Shown here: positions 45,440 to 56,669 of the stretch, piece after piece
How the letters are laid out: every line of letters begins with the position of its first letter
Numbering within the stretch: the first letter of the stretch is position 1
Assembly: GCA_045580325.1 (NCBI GenBank)
Contig: JAZNNR010000023.1
Location: 6,718 to 70,717, forward strand
Direction: 5' to 3'
DNA: 64,000 nucleotides
Source of the DNA: Eubacteriales bacterium
GTDB lineage: Bacteria > Bacillota > Clostridia > Oscillospirales > CAG-272
Translations under genes and position numbers: made by a program
Notes under the pieces: model-generated
Databases searched by the model: none
Seen by the model: the letters and a program-made list of their open reading frames with translations, nothing else
What the model was told of the DNA's origin: nothing

Positions 45440-47641
45440 TTAATTATCTGTATCCGATGAATTTGTATCTTCATCTGTCTGGTCAGCGCTTTCGGCAGGC
45501 TCGTTGTCCTCGCCGCTTGCTTCGGCAGACTCTGTCGGTTCGGCTTCAGCCTCAGTACCGATAGGAGCAGATGCTTCTACGGCAGGGCCCGTTACACCGT
45601 CAGTAGCGTTTTCGGAAGCCGCCTCACGCTCACGGGCAAGTCGTTCTTCTTCCTCGCGGCGCTTCTTTTCTTCTTCGTCGCGGATACGCTTTTCTTCGTT
45701 TTCGGCGATACTCTTGCGGCGCTTTTCGTCCATGATCTCCTGAATTTCTTCGAAGGTATGGTCGCCTTCCATCGCGGTCTTAAACTGAATTTCGTCCATC
45801 GTTTCGTACTTAACAAGGAATTCAGCAACGAATTTCAGCTTGTCAGAATGCTCTGTGAGTATCTGCTCAGCTCTGTCATAAGCCTCTGTGATAATTCTCT
45901 TGATCTCGCTGTCGATAAGTGCTGCGGTAGATTCGGAGTAGTTCTTTTCGCCGCCGAAATCTTTTCCGAGGAATACCTCGCTGTGTCCTGATCCGTAAAC
46001 GATAGGACCAAGCTCGTCGCTCATACCAAGACGGGTAACCATCTTGCGCGCGATCTCGGTTGCACGCTGAATATCATTTGATGCACCGCCCGAGAAGTCG
46101 TTGAAGGTGATCTTTTCGGCAACGCGTCCGCCGAGGAGCATCGAAATATGCTCTGAAAGCTCGGAGCGGTATTCGCTGTATTTGTCTTCCTGCGGGAGAT
46201 TGAGGGTATATCCGAGAGCGCGTCCGCTCGGAATGATAGAGATCTGATGAACAGGGTCGAGCGAGGGGAGATAGTAGGCGATAAGTGCGTGGCCCGCCTC
46301 GTGATAAGCGGTCTTGCGCTTTTCCTCTTCCTTTATCTTCATACTCTTCTTCTGAGTACCGACGACGATCTTCATTATAGCATCTTCAATATCGTTCATA
46401 CCGATAAGCGTTTTGCCGCGTCTTGCCGCGAGAAGAGCCGCTTCGTTGAGAAGGTTTGCAAGGTCAGCACCTGTAAATCCTGCAGTGCCCTTTGCGACGA
46501 TCGAAAGGTCAACACCTTCTTCGAAGGGTTTGTTACGTGCGTGGATCTTGAGAATTTCCTCTCTGCCCTTGAGGTCGGGATAGTTTACCGTGATTTCACG
46601 GTCAAAACGTCCGGGACGGAGAAGTGCGGGGTCGAGAATGTCGGGACGGTTTGTTGCCGCCATAACGATAATGCCGTCGTTACCGCTGAATCCGTCCATC
46701 TCTACGAGGAGCTGGTTGAGAGTTTGTTCACGCTCGTCGTGTCCGCCGCCGAGACCTGCTCCGCGATGACGTCCGACTGCGTCGATTTCATCTATAAATA
46801 TAATACTTGCGGGGTGCTTGCGCGCCGTTTCAAAAAGGTCGCGGACACGGGATGCACCGACACCGGCGTACATTTCAACGAAATCCGAACCGGAGATAGA
46901 ATAGAAGGGAACACCCGCTTCGCCTGCAACAGCCTTGGCGAGAAGTGTTTTACCTGTACCGGGAGGTCCTACGAGGAGAACACCGTGCGGTATTTTAGCA
47001 CCGAGCTTTGTGAAGTAGTCGGGGTCTTTAAGGAACTGTACTATTTCCTGAAGCTCTTCCTTTTCCTCGTCTGCGCCTGCGACGTCAGAGAAAAGAATAC
47101 GCTTTTTCTCGTCGGGAACGTTCATTTTTGCTCTTGACTTCGCAAAGGACGGACCGCTTCTTCCGGGAGCGTTCTTACCGTTTGCCGACTGCTTGAACAC
47201 CCAGAAAACAAGACCGCCCAGGAGGAGAATAATAGCAACGTAGGGAAGAATCGAAACCCAAATGGGAATCTTTGTAGGCTCTAAAAGATCGTATTTCAGC
47301 TTTTCTATCTTGTTTCCCGATGATACGCTCTGATTGTGTTCGTCAACTTCCTTGTTGTAGGCAAGGACGTAGCTGTAGCAGTCATCATAGAAACGCTGAC
47401 GGTCTTGCAGATGATATACTATCTTTTTGTCCTTAGTTGTTATAACGGTCAGCTTGTTTGATGCTTCAAGCGTGAAGGTCTTGACCGATTCTTCACCGTT
47501 TACTCCGATATTCTCAAAAAGCTCAACGATGTCGCTGTAAACGGGGTCTTCCTCGTTGCCTTTAAGAATGAATGCAACCGCAACGATAACGAGCGTTATA
47601 AGAAGTAAAAAGCTTAGTATTGAAAATAGATTTTTTTTCAT
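45440..47641 (-). CDS. ftsH: ATP-dependent zinc metalloprotease FtsH with a long acidic C-terminal tail
   Basis: [13 protein letters not shown] Walker A, an AAA SRH, HEAGHAL zinc motif, and an N-terminal TM pair. The last 110 aa or so are Glu/Asp/Ala-rich. Confidence 0.95.
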   Translation of the reverse strand: MKKNLFSILSFLLLITLVIVAVAFILKGNEEDPVYSDIVELFENIGVNGEESVKTFTLEASNKLTVITTKDKKIVYHLQDRQRFYDDCYSYVLAYNKEVDEHNQSVSSGNKIEKLKYDLLEPTKIPIWVSILPYVAIILLLGGLVFWVFKQSANGKNAPGRSGPSFAKSRAKMNVPDEKKRILFSDVAGADEEKEELQEIVQFLKDPDYFTKLGAKIPHGVLLVGPPGTGKTLLAKAVAGEAGVPFYSISGSDFVEMYAGVGASRVRDLFETARKHPASIIFIDEIDAVGRHRGAGLGGGHDEREQTLNQLLVEMDGFSGNDGIIVMAATNRPDILDPALLRPGRFDREITVNYPDLKGREEILKIHARNKPFEEGVDLSIVAKGTAGFTGADLANLLNEAALLAARRGKTLIGMNDIEDAIMKIVVGTQKKSMKIKEEEKRKTAYHEAGHALIAYYLPSLDPVHQISIIPSGRALGYTLNLPQEDKYSEYRSELSEHISMLLGGRVAEKITFNDFSGGASNDIQRATEIARKMVTRLGMSDELGPIVYGSGHSEVFLGKDFGGEKNYSESTAALIDSEIKRIITEAYDRAEQILTEHSDKLKFVAEFLVKYETMDEIQFKTAMEGDHTFEEIQEIMDEKRRKSIAENEEKRIRDEEEKKRREEEERLAREREAASENATDGVTGPAVEASAPIGTEAEAEPTESAEASGEDNEPAESADQTDEDTNSSDTDN

Positions 47642-47688
47642 TATATAAGTGTAACTCCGTGATAATGTAATTTAACAGTAAAATCTGT

Positions 47689-48258
47689 TTAATTGTTTTT
47701 AGTGTAAATTTCGGGTTTAAGAACTCCTATATAGGGAAGAGCTCTGTATTTTTCCGCATAGTCGAGTCCGTATCCTACAACAAACTTGTCTTCAACCTCA
47801 CGTCCTATGTAATCTGCATTGTAATCGACCTCTCTGCGCGAAGGCTTATCGAGAAGAGCAACGCACTTAACGCTTGATGCGCCCTTGTTTTCAAGATACT
47901 TTGTAAGATAGAGCATCGTGCGTCCGCTGTCGATTATATCTTCTACAATAAGTATGTCCAGATCTTCAATATCATGACGGTAAATATCAAGCATAATATT
48001 TATAGTTTTGGAAGAAGATGTAGAAGCACCGTACGAGGACACCTTCATAAAGTCTATTTCAACAGGACGTTTAATATGCTTCATAAGGTCGCCCATAAAT
48101 ACGACAGAGCCCTTGAGTATTCCGAGCAGAAGGAGTCTTTTTTCGGGATCGGGATAATCGCGGTCGATGTCTGCGGCGATCTTTTTTACGATCTCCTCAA
48201 GCTCGCCTTCGGAAATCATAGTATAGTCAATGTCATTGTTGATGTCATATTTCTTCAT
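47689..48258 (-). CDS. hpt: Hypoxanthine phosphoribosyltransferase
   Basis: LILGILKGSVVFMGDL and ILIVEDIIDSGRT (PRPP motif). tilS-hpt-ftsH synteny. Confidence 0.9.
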   Translation of the reverse strand: MKKYDINNDIDYTMISEGELEEIVKKIAADIDRDYPDPEKRLLLLGILKGSVVFMGDLMKHIKRPVEIDFMKVSSYGASTSSSKTINIMLDIYRHDIEDLDILIVEDIIDSGRTMLYLTKYLENKGASSVKCVALLDKPSRREVDYNADYIGREVEDKFVVGYGLDYAEKYRALPYIGVLKPEIYTKNN

Positions 48259-49651
48259 TTTGAGAGAGTCCTTTCATATAATATATCGAGATTTTAGGTG
48301 AAGTCTGATTTAATTTGGGAGAAACAGAGTCCGAGGTCGGAAATCCGGGGATCCATAAAACAGCGTCTTCGGATTCAATAAGAGGAATCGTTGCACGGTC
48401 CTTTATCGGCAGCTTTTTCTCTGAAAAGAGCTTCTTGATACTTCGCGTCATATTGCCGTAAACGTACCGATCTCCGTCTTTTTTGTTTCTCGCAAACAAG
48501 CTGAAATTCATTATATCAAATGCGATAGTAGCTTTTATAGATATTTTGTAAATATTTTGTTTTTTAATTAAATATTTACTTATTTCCTCATTTTTTTCAT
48601 CTTTTTCTTCACAAATGAAGATAAGCGAATCATCTTCTTCGATGATGTTCTCGCCGAGCGATAGCTTTATTTTGTAGCTTGGTCGGCTCTCCTTTTTTAT
48701 ATCCTCGGTGAAAACAAGAGAGGCGTTTTCAATAGATGCGCAAATACCTCCGGGAAGGGAAATACGGCTGTGAGGTACACCTGCCGAAATAAGAGATATA
48801 ATATCCGAAATATGCGTGTAGGAAAGGTCGCCCTTTCCGCCGTGTTCAGAATACATATTTCTTACCACACGTCTTAGTATTGCCATATCGAGCGATAAAA
48901 GACTGTCGATCTTATTATCAGAAATTTCCAAAGCTTTCTTTTCAAGAAAATCGCTGTCATCACGCGCAAGAAGAGTCATACGCGAAATGGCGTCCTCTAC
49001 CGACGGGTTTAACCTTTGCAGCTCGGGAACGATCTTGTGTCGAATAAGATTTCTTGAATAATCGGTGTCCGAATTTGTGCTGTCATATACATATTCAAGC
49101 TGATTTTCCGCCGCATATTCAATAATTTCATTTTTTGTGCAAAAAATCAGCGGTCTTATAATATTTTCGCGTACAGGCGGGATTCCGCAGACCCCTTTAA
49201 GCGAGCTTCCGCGAGAGATATTAAAAATTACAGTTTCAAGGTTATCCGAAGAATTATGAGCCGTTGCGACCTGATTTATTCTGTTTTCACTGCAAAATTT
49301 ACTGAAAATTTTATATCTCGCGTTTCTTGCCGCCTCTTCAAGACCGCATTTTTCGCTCATAGCAATAGCGGGAACATCAACCCTTTCGCAAACGAAGGGG
49401 ATTTTCCACTTTTCACAAAGTATGCGGCAAAATTCTTCGTCGCGGTCGGCTTCGAGTCCTCGTATCATATGGTTTACGTGAAGCGCGAGTAAAGAAAAGC
49501 CGCGCAGAGCGGCTTCCTTTTTTAGTAGATGAAGAAGCACGACAGAATCGGCTCCTCCCGAAAGACCGACGAGAAGGGAGTCGCACGAAAGCATATCGTA
49601 GCACTCTACCGCACGGAAAAATTTTTCCTCGCAAACAGATATTTTTTTCAC
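48245..49651 (-). CDS. tilS: tRNA(Ile)-lysidine synthetase
   Basis: VGLSGGADSVVLL PP-loop motif. 468 aa. Overlaps the hpt start by 14 nt. Confidence 0.9.
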   Translation of the reverse strand: MKKISVCEEKFFRAVECYDMLSCDSLLVGLSGGADSVVLLHLLKKEAALRGFSLLALHVNHMIRGLEADRDEEFCRILCEKWKIPFVCERVDVPAIAMSEKCGLEEAARNARYKIFSKFCSENRINQVATAHNSSDNLETVIFNISRGSSLKGVCGIPPVRENIIRPLIFCTKNEIIEYAAENQLEYVYDSTNSDTDYSRNLIRHKIVPELQRLNPSVEDAISRMTLLARDDSDFLEKKALEISDNKIDSLLSLDMAILRRVVRNMYSEHGGKGDLSYTHISDIISLISAGVPHSRISLPGGICASIENASLVFTEDIKKESRPSYKIKLSLGENIIEEDDSLIFICEEKDEKNEEISKYLIKKQNIYKISIKATIAFDIMNFSLFARNKKDGDRYVYGNMTRSIKKLFSEKKLPIKDRATIPLIESEDAVLWIPGFPTSDSVSPKLNQTSPKISIYYMKGLSQNEEI

Positions 49652-49691
49652 TTCGCATCGCCTTTCTTTGATTTTTTGTGATCTGTAAAGA

Positions 49692-51029
49692 TTATTCTTC
49701 CATATTCGTCATAGAAGAGAATCTTGTGTACTGTCCGAACCAGTTGAGTTTAACCGTATCACGTCCGCCGTGTCTGTTTTTCTCAACGATGACCTCGGCT
49801 ACGTTGCCCTCCTGTTCCTTGTCGTAATATTCATCTCTGAAAAGGAACATTACGATGTCTGCATCCTGCTCGATAGCACCCGAATCACGAAGGTCGGAAA
49901 GCATAGGACGCTTGTTTGTTCTCGATTCGTTGGTACGAGAAAGCTGAGCACAGCAGATAACCGGAACCTTAAGCTCTTTTGCAAGAAGCTTTAGGTTTCT
50001 CGATATTTCACTGACCTCTTGAACGCGGTTATCTATCTTGCGGTCGCTCTGCATAAGCTGGAGATAGTCGATAACGACGAGTCCGAGATTTTTCATTCTG
50101 CGGAGCTTCGCCTTCATACCCGTTACGTTTATACCGGTAGTATCGTCGATATAAATATCACATTCGGAAAGGAAAGCCGAAGCCTTTGCGAGCTTGTTCC
50201 AGTCATCAGGCGTGAGATTTCCGCTTCGAAGGGCGGTACTCTCAACAAGAGCCTCGCTTGAGAGCATTCTCTGTACGAGCTGCTCGTTAGACATTTCAAG
50301 CGAGAAGATACATACTGCCTTGCGCGAGGTTCTTGCAATATTTGTAGCAAGGTTGAGTGCAAAAGCAGTCTTACCCATACCGGGACGCGCACCTACGATA
50401 ACGAGGTCGCCTTCTCCGAGTCCGACAAGAACCTTGTCAAGACCTGAAAATCCTGTCGGTGTTCCTTTTGCAGAGTCGGGATTTGTGGCGATTTCCTTTA
50501 TATTTCGGTAGGTTTCTATTATAACGTCCCTGATGTGAGCAAAATCACGGCTTTCCTTTGTCTGCGCGATAGAGAAAATTCTCGCTTCTGCGCTGTCAAC
50601 GATTCGCGCCGCTTCGTCCTGCTCTGCGTATGCGCTGTCTGTGATCTCGCCGCAGACGTTAATAAGCTGACGCAGGAGGCTTTTGTCCTTTACGATTTTC
50701 GCGTAGTCCTTGATGTTGGACGAAGAGGGGACTATCTCGGCAATCGTTCTGATATATTTTTTTGACTGCTCGATGTCGTATACGCCTTCCTGAACGAGCG
50801 ATTCCATAAGAACGACAGGGTCTATATCGCGCGCCTGAAGAGAAAGCTTCTGCATCGCCGAGAATATAGATTTGTGCTCGTCGAGGTAAAAATCCTCGCT
50901 TGTTATTATGGTAGCAACGTCCGAGATCTTTTCGGGGTCGATAAGAACAGAGCCGAGAACAGCCTGTTCTGCTTCAAGCGAAAAGGGAAGCTTCTTTAAA
51001 ATATCTGTTCCTGCCATATTATTTTTCAT
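49692..51029 (-). CDS. dnaB: Replicative DNA helicase
   Basis: [25 protein letters not shown] (Walker A), VVIDYLQLM and [10 protein letters not shown] motifs. Confidence 0.95.
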   Translation of the reverse strand: MKNNMAGTDILKKLPFSLEAEQAVLGSVLIDPEKISDVATIITSEDFYLDEHKSIFSAMQKLSLQARDIDPVVLMESLVQEGVYDIEQSKKYIRTIAEIVPSSSNIKDYAKIVKDKSLLRQLINVCGEITDSAYAEQDEAARIVDSAEARIFSIAQTKESRDFAHIRDVIIETYRNIKEIATNPDSAKGTPTGFSGLDKVLVGLGEGDLVIVGARPGMGKTAFALNLATNIARTSRKAVCIFSLEMSNEQLVQRMLSSEALVESTALRSGNLTPDDWNKLAKASAFLSECDIYIDDTTGINVTGMKAKLRRMKNLGLVVIDYLQLMQSDRKIDNRVQEVSEISRNLKLLAKELKVPVICCAQLSRTNESRTNKRPMLSDLRDSGAIEQDADIVMFLFRDEYYDKEQEGNVAEVIVEKNRHGGRDTVKLNWFGQYTRFSSMTNMEE

Positions 51030-51468
51030 TTACAACGCTGACGCTGAGCTTTCCTACTACCTTTGTGTAGAGCTTTACGTCAAGCGTATAATCTCCGTAA
51101 TTTTTTATGGGTTTGTCGAGAACTATCTTGCGCTTGTCTATTGTGATGCCAAACTGAGATGCAAGGGTATCTGCGATCTCTTTTACGGTAACTGCGCCGT
51201 AAAGTCTGCTGTCGCTGCCCGAGGTCGCCTTGATCACTACCTTTATATTTTCGAGCTTTGAGGCGATCTCCTTAGCCTCGGCGATCTCAACGTCGATCTT
51301 GTGCTGCTTTGCAGCGTCCTTGTTTTTCTGGTCATTAAGAGCCTTTGCGTCTGCCTCTATGGCAAGACCCTTGGGAAGAAGAAAGTTTCTTGCGTATCCG
51401 TCGGAAACGTTTATAACCTCGCCTTTTTTACCCTGTGCCTTTACGTCTTGTGTAAGAATAACCTTCAT
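51019..51468 (-). CDS. rplI: 50S ribosomal protein L9
   Basis: [36 protein letters not shown]. The ATG at 51468 is preferred over the upstream track start at 51516. Confidence 0.9.
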   Translation of the reverse strand: MKVILTQDVKAQGKKGEVINVSDGYARNFLLPKGLAIEADAKALNDQKNKDAAKQHKIDVEIAEAKEIASKLENIKVVIKATSGSDSRLYGAVTVKEIADTLASQFGITIDKRKIVLDKPIKNYGDYTLDVKLYTKVVGKLSVSVVNEK

Positions 51469-51499
51469 TGTATTTTGTCCTTTCGTGGTGATTTGCTTT

Positions 51500-53530
51500 T
51501 TAGTTTTCGCCGTCAAGCGCGATGTCGATAGATTCCTTGAGCTTTACAAGAGCTTCTTCGATAGTTATATCGGGCATCTGCGTTGCCGCCGAGTTGTAGT
51601 GTCCGCCGCCGTTCAGACGCTCGAGAATGAGCTGAACGTTTATAGTACCGCTTGAACGTGCGGAAATGCATATACTGTTGTCGATCCTGCATATCGCAAA
51701 GGATGCGAGAACATTGTCGATAGAGAGCAGACTGTCTGCAACCTTAGCCGCCGCGATCCTGTCCGCTGAGGTGTTGTTTTCGTCAAGACTTGACGCGATA
51801 GCAACGACCTTTCTGTATATGTGAATATTGGATTTGAACTTTGCTTCGCGCTGCATATCGTCGAGGTTGACCTTGAAAAGCTCCTGAACTTCAACAGGGT
51901 CAGCACCCTCGCTTCGCAGATAAAGAGCTGCGGCAAAGGTGCGAACACCGATGTTCTGTGCGAAATATTTGGTGTCGAGAATAATTCCCGAGTAGAGAAA
52001 ATCAGCTTCGATCTTAGTAAGACGTCCCGACGGGAGCACCTGTTCAAGAAGCTCTGCGATTATTTCGCAGGCAGAGGAAGCGGAGGGCTCGATATAAGAG
52101 AGAAGGGGTTCCTTTGCGAATGCGTCTGTCTGACGGTGATGGTCGAGATAAACGATGTTTTCGGCAGCCTCTGCAATAGCGGGAGCGTAGAACTGTGTCG
52201 GGTTGTTTACGTCAACGATAATTACGAGAGTATCGGAGCGCAGGAGATTTTGTCCTGCGGTAATATCAACGAAAATATGATTGTAAGCGGGAGCACCCTT
52301 AAGCTTTGCAAAGCCCTTGCTCAAATTTTTGTCTTCGGTGTCAACGACTATATTGCAGGGAATTCCGCAGTGCATACAGAATCTTGCGACACCGATGCTC
52401 GCGCCGAAGCAGTCATAATCGGGGAAGCGGTGTCCGAAAATAAGGACGTTTGAGCTTTGCGAGATAAGATTTGCAAGCGAAAGTGCTATTGAACGCGACT
52501 TTACCGTGCTTCGCTTCTGCATAGTCTTTGTAACACCGCCGAAGTATTCTATACCCTGTGCGGTCTTGACAACAGCCTGGTCGCCGCCTCGTGCGAGAGC
52601 CATTTCAAGACAGGCTCTTGCACCGTTTTCCTTGGCAAGTATCGTGTCGCCAAGAGTAGTAGTTCCGATCGATACGGTAAGCGGAGTACCGCTCGTACCT
52701 ATCTTTATTGCACGTATTTTTTCAAGAATATCGAACTTTTGAGCGATAAATGTGTCCATATGCTTTGCCGCAAAGAAGAAGATATATCTGTTTCGCTCAT
52801 ATTCCTTGATAGTTCCGTTTACAGAGTTTGCCCAGCTTGTAAGAACCGAGGAGATCTCTGCCGCTGCGGCGCTCGTGTTTTCCTGTTCTACCTGAACAAG
52901 CTCGTCTATGTTGTCAACAACGATGTAAGCAACGAGCATTTCTTCTTCCTTCATCGTTTTTCTGAGTGCTTCAAGCTCCGAGTTGTCTGTCCATATTACA
53001 GAGATTATACGAGCTTTTCCGATGTAGAAGGATTTTCCCGATACCGTATAGGGAACTCCGCCGACCTCGCACTTTACACCCTCGTCGTGAGCCTCAAGCA
53101 AAGCTTCGACAGAAACATTTCCGTAGCTCGAAAACTGCCTTGAGTGGATAGATGCACGTCTGCGCATAGCAGAGAAGGCCGAGTTTATCCAAAGAATGTA
53201 TCCCTTGTTTGTTATAAGCGCGATAGGCGCATTTATAGAATTTGTCATTGATGAGAAAAATTCGGAAGAAAACAAAGGGGAGTCCGATTTCGATAAAAAT
53301 CTCAGGTGAATAAAACGAAGCACCAAAACAAAGAGAATTTCCGAAAGGATATAAGATATCAAAGAAAGCGTAAAGGCTATTTTAGGTGATATTTTGGGGG
53401 CAGGGCCGGAGTATATCGCGTAGGTTGCCCAGATAAAGAGAAGACTGATAGCGATAATGCCGATAACACGCTGCGACGTTTCCTTTCGGAGAATTTTTTT
53501 GAGTTTGGCGAAAAATGCACGCGATTTCAT
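51500..53530 (-). CDS. gdpP: DHH/DHHA1 phosphodiesterase GdpP (c-di-AMP phosphodiesterase, YybT-type)
   Basis: Two N-terminal TM helices, a PAS-like and a degenerate GGDEF region, DHH (LDHHR) and GGGH motifs. yybS-gdpP-rplI-dnaB synteny. Confidence 0.85.
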   Translation of the reverse strand: MKSRAFFAKLKKILRKETSQRVIGIIAISLLFIWATYAIYSGPAPKISPKIAFTLSLISYILSEILFVLVLRFIHLRFLSKSDSPLFSSEFFSSMTNSINAPIALITNKGYILWINSAFSAMRRRASIHSRQFSSYGNVSVEALLEAHDEGVKCEVGGVPYTVSGKSFYIGKARIISVIWTDNSELEALRKTMKEEEMLVAYIVVDNIDELVQVEQENTSAAAAEISSVLTSWANSVNGTIKEYERNRYIFFFAAKHMDTFIAQKFDILEKIRAIKIGTSGTPLTVSIGTTTLGDTILAKENGARACLEMALARGGDQAVVKTAQGIEYFGGVTKTMQKRSTVKSRSIALSLANLISQSSNVLIFGHRFPDYDCFGASIGVARFCMHCGIPCNIVVDTEDKNLSKGFAKLKGAPAYNHIFVDITAGQNLLRSDTLVIIVDVNNPTQFYAPAIAEAAENIVYLDHHRQTDAFAKEPLLSYIEPSASSACEIIAELLEQVLPSGRLTKIEADFLYSGIILDTKYFAQNIGVRTFAAALYLRSEGADPVEVQELFKVNLDDMQREAKFKSNIHIYRKVVAIASSLDENNTSADRIAAAKVADSLLSIDNVLASFAICRIDNSICISARSSGTINVQLILERLNGGGHYNSAATQMPDITIEEALVKLKESIDIALDGEN

Positions 53531-53566
53531 AGGATTTATATGCTCCTTTCGCTTGTTTAAGTGATT

Positions 53567-54625
53567 TTAAAAATTGGATTTTTTTGTATATTCGCCGTAC
53601 AGTATAGCACGAACGCTTGGGAATAAGTTGTCAAATGCACCTGTTGACGCAACGAGCATTACGAGCAGTAAGGGATTGTTCAGACAGGACACGAGAAGTA
53701 TTATTCCGAGTATTACAGAAAAGAGAGACGGACGTCTGAAATGGAGCAGTGATGTTCTGATGCCTATAAGGAAAAATCCGGGACAAAGTATAAGCAGTAT
53801 GTTATACATCGAAATTATAAGAGCCTCTGACGTTCCCGAAAAAGAAAGCATCGAAATAATGAGAGCTATTATAAATATTACAGACGCAAGGCGGCTCATC
53901 TTGAGGGGCCAACGGGTAAGGCTGTCCGAAACAGCACCCTGACCGAGAATAAGTGCGCGCGACACAGTTACTGTTATATAAGAGATAAGTGTAACGACAA
54001 TACAGAAGAGCGCGGGGGTTATTGCGACAAACATATCAAACGTTTCTCCCGCGTCTATCCGAGCAAGCGGGGAGCCTGCTGCATACTGATCGTAAAAGTC
54101 AACGAAAGCCTTGCGGAAAATGTTTACAATGAAGGTGAGCGATTTGCCCGTAACTTCGCCGAGGGAAGAGTAGATATATATCACACTTCCAAGGATAAAT
54201 ACAAGAGCAGTTATGACCGCGTTTCCTACGACGGTGTGCGCTTTTTCACAGCCTCTTGAGATACACAGAGAAATGATAATTCCCGAGGGAAGAAAAGCAA
54301 GTGCGAAAAGCATCTGCACGGGAGATGCGCCAAGTACAAAGGAAACAGCGGCGACAACGATAGCCGATATAATAGCGACAAACACAGAAAGCTTTTTGTT
54401 TCTATTCGCTATTACGGCTGCCGCGCACGCGAAAAGTGCGGTGCCTACTGAAAATGTCAGCGCATATAAGGTTACAGGGTTGTAGGTATATACCGAAAGC
54501 TTTGGCGCGTAAACGTTTTCCATAAAAACACAGAAGACACTCAGTACGCACGAAAGCAAAACAAACAGGATAGCGCGGGTAGTGCGTTTTCCGATATTTG
54601 TGCTATCGGGAAAATAAATATTCAT
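53567..54625 (-). CDS. DUF2232 (YybS-like) integral membrane protein
   Basis: 352 aa polytopic membrane protein in the conserved position upstream of gdpP. Confidence 0.7.
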   Translation of the reverse strand: MNIYFPDSTNIGKRTTRAILFVLLSCVLSVFCVFMENVYAPKLSVYTYNPVTLYALTFSVGTALFACAAAVIANRNKKLSVFVAIISAIVVAAVSFVLGASPVQMLFALAFLPSGIIISLCISRGCEKAHTVVGNAVITALVFILGSVIYIYSSLGEVTGKSLTFIVNIFRKAFVDFYDQYAAGSPLARIDAGETFDMFVAITPALFCIVVTLISYITVTVSRALILGQGAVSDSLTRWPLKMSRLASVIFIIALIISMLSFSGTSEALIISMYNILLILCPGFFLIGIRTSLLHFRRPSLFSVILGIILLVSCLNNPLLLVMLVASTGAFDNLFPSVRAILYGEYTKKSNF

Positions 54626-54796
54626 TAAAAACTCCTTACACTGCCGACAGGGTATTCTTCGGCAGGATATAAAAATCTAAATTAAATTATACCACAAACA
54701 ATTCGTTTTGTAAAGACTCGTACAGCCAAAAATTACATATTTTTATTAAATAAATATTAAATAAATTATAAAAAATAGAAGTATTTAAAAAAAGTA

Positions 54797-54825
54797 TTGA
54801 CGAAAAGGGAAAAAAGATATATAAT
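54797..54825 (+). promoter_or_regulatory. Sigma-70-type promoter for the flavin reductase gene
   Basis: TTGACG, 17-nt spacer, TATAAT. Confidence 0.6.
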
Positions 54826-54881
54826 AGACAATGGAAATTTATATAGTGGGTTAGTGTGGACTCCTGTATGTTTGGAGGGGC

Positions 54882-55421
54882 GTGTATAAAATGATTACAA
54901 AAGATAATTTCAATGAAATCTCTCCGTATGATTTTTCGTCTGCGGTTTTTAAGGATATTGCGAAAAAATGGATGCTGATAGGTACTCCCGACAACGAAAA
55001 GGGAAGAGTCAACGCAATGACTGCAAGCTGGGGCGGTGTTGGTGTGATATGGAACAGACCGTACGCGGTATGCTTCATACGCCCACAGAGATATAGCTTC
55101 GACCTTGCCGAAAAGTGCGATAAAATAGCACTTTCCTTTCTTGAGGAAACAGAAAACTCGCGCGAGATATATAATGTCTGCGGCACAAAAAGCGGAAGAG
55201 ATACGGATAAAATAAAAGAAACGGGACTTTTGCCTATCGACTTTGACGGCGCGGTAGGGTTTGCCGAGGCTGATGTAGTCATCGTAGGTAAAAAGATATA
55301 TACCGATATGATAAAGCCCGAAGGCTTCCTTGATGAAGCGCTCGTGGGCACCTATTATCCGAGCAAAGATTTCCATAAAATATATCTTTGCGAAATAGAA
55401 AAAATATATGTCAGAAAATAA
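54882..55421 (+). CDS. Flavin reductase-like FMN-binding domain protein
   Basis: NAMTASWGGVGVIWNRPYAVCFIRP is typical of Flavin_Reduct family proteins. Confidence 0.75.
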   Translation: MYKMITKDNFNEISPYDFSSAVFKDIAKKWMLIGTPDNEKGRVNAMTASWGGVGVIWNRPYAVCFIRPQRYSFDLAEKCDKIALSFLEETENSREIYNVCGTKSGRDTDKIKETGLLPIDFDGAVGFAEADVVIVGKKIYTDMIKPEGFLDEALVGTYYPSKDFHKIYLCEIEKIYVRK

Positions 55422-55435
55422 GGAATTACAGCAAA

Positions 55436-55954
55436 ATGGAAGGTAATTTGAAGAAATATCTTGAGGCGGGAAAGATAGCAAATACTCACGGAGTGCGCGG
55501 CGACGTAATTATAGACAGCCTGTGCGATACTCCTAAGATCTTCACGGGACTCAAGACTCTTTATATAAAACAAAAGGGCGAATATATGCCTATGAAGGTT
55601 GCCCGCTCGGCAGTACACGCAGGAAGAGTGCTCACCAAATTCGTCGGCATAGAAACTCTTGACGACGTGCTTAAGTATAAGGGCAAGACGGTGTATGCCG
55701 CGCGCGAGGACCTTGCAATAGACGAGGATTCGGTATTTATCGCCGACCTTATAGGACTTTTCGCGTACAGAAGCGATAACAAAGAGCTTATAGGAAAGGT
55801 TACCGACGTTGTAAATTACGGATATAACGATATTTTTGAAATAGACTGCGGCGAGGGCAAGCAGGTGCTCGTGCCCAATCTTGATCAGTTCGTTGAAAAA
55901 ATATCTCTTGAAGAGGGTATCTTTATTATACCCGTGGAGGGACTGCTCGAATGA
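55436..55954 (+). CDS. rimM: 16S rRNA processing protein RimM
   Basis: LEAGKIANTHGVRGDV (RimM N-terminal motif) and a PRC-barrel C-terminus. ATGA overlap with trmD. Confidence 0.85.
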   Translation: MEGNLKKYLEAGKIANTHGVRGDVIIDSLCDTPKIFTGLKTLYIKQKGEYMPMKVARSAVHAGRVLTKFVGIETLDDVLKYKGKTVYAAREDLAIDEDSVFIADLIGLFAYRSDNKELIGKVTDVVNYGYNDIFEIDCGEGKQVLVPNLDQFVEKISLEEGIFIIPVEGLLE

Positions 55955-56625
55955 CATTTGACGTAATGACGCTTTTCCCCGAGCTTATCGATAATATTAC
56001 ATCGGAAAGCATAATAGGAAGAGCGAGAAGATCGGGTGCTGTTACCGTGCGTACGCATAATATACGCGACTACTCACAGGACAAGCATCGCAGAGTTGAC
56101 GATACGCCCTACGGCGGCGGAATGGGAATGCTTATGGCGGCTCCCCCGATATACAGATGTTATAGTGCGGTAAAACAGCAGCAAAGCGGAAGCTCGATAT
56201 GCCTGTTTATGTCAGCACAGGGAAGAGTGCTCGATCAGAAAAAAGCCGCGGAGCTTTCAAAATATGACAATATAACGATACTTTGCGGACACTACGAGGG
56301 TGTTGACCGCAGAATAGTTGACGAGATAGTTGACGAGGAAATATCAATAGGCGACTACGTGCTCACGGGCGGAGAGCTTCCCGCTTGCGTGCTCATTGAT
56401 GTCGTTTCGAGAATGTGCGAGGGTGTTCTTTCTGCCGACGAATGCTTTGAAAACGAGAGTATTATCGGCGGCGTGCTTGAATATCCGCAGTACACAAGAC
56501 CAGAAGAATTTAACGGACGAAAAGTACCCGAGGTCCTTCTCGGCGGCGACCATAAAAAGATAGAAAAGTGGCGAAAGGAAGAGGCTTTAAAGCTTACTCT
56601 CAAAAACCGCCCCGATCTTTTGTGA
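55951..56625 (+). CDS. trmD: tRNA (guanine37-N1)-methyltransferase
   Basis: FDVMTLFPE..., DDTPYGGGMGM and GHYEGVDRR motifs. Confidence 0.95.
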   Translation: MTFDVMTLFPELIDNITSESIIGRARRSGAVTVRTHNIRDYSQDKHRRVDDTPYGGGMGMLMAAPPIYRCYSAVKQQQSGSSICLFMSAQGRVLDQKKAAELSKYDNITILCGHYEGVDRRIVDEIVDEEISIGDYVLTGGELPACVLIDVVSRMCEGVLSADECFENESIIGGVLEYPQYTRPEEFNGRKVPEVLLGGDHKKIEKWRKEEALKLTLKNRPDLL

Positions 56626-56669
56626 TGGCAAATAAATGAAGAATTTTACGGAAAGGAGTGGATACCAAA

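Noticed and set aside
54626-54881. AT-rich divergent intergenic region next to yybS-gdpP-rplI-dnaB considered as a replication origin
   Set aside because: No dnaA or dnaN gene is adjacent. I found only one imperfect DnaA-box-like string (ttataccaca, with an extra base) and no cluster. The region is adequately explained by two divergent promoters.
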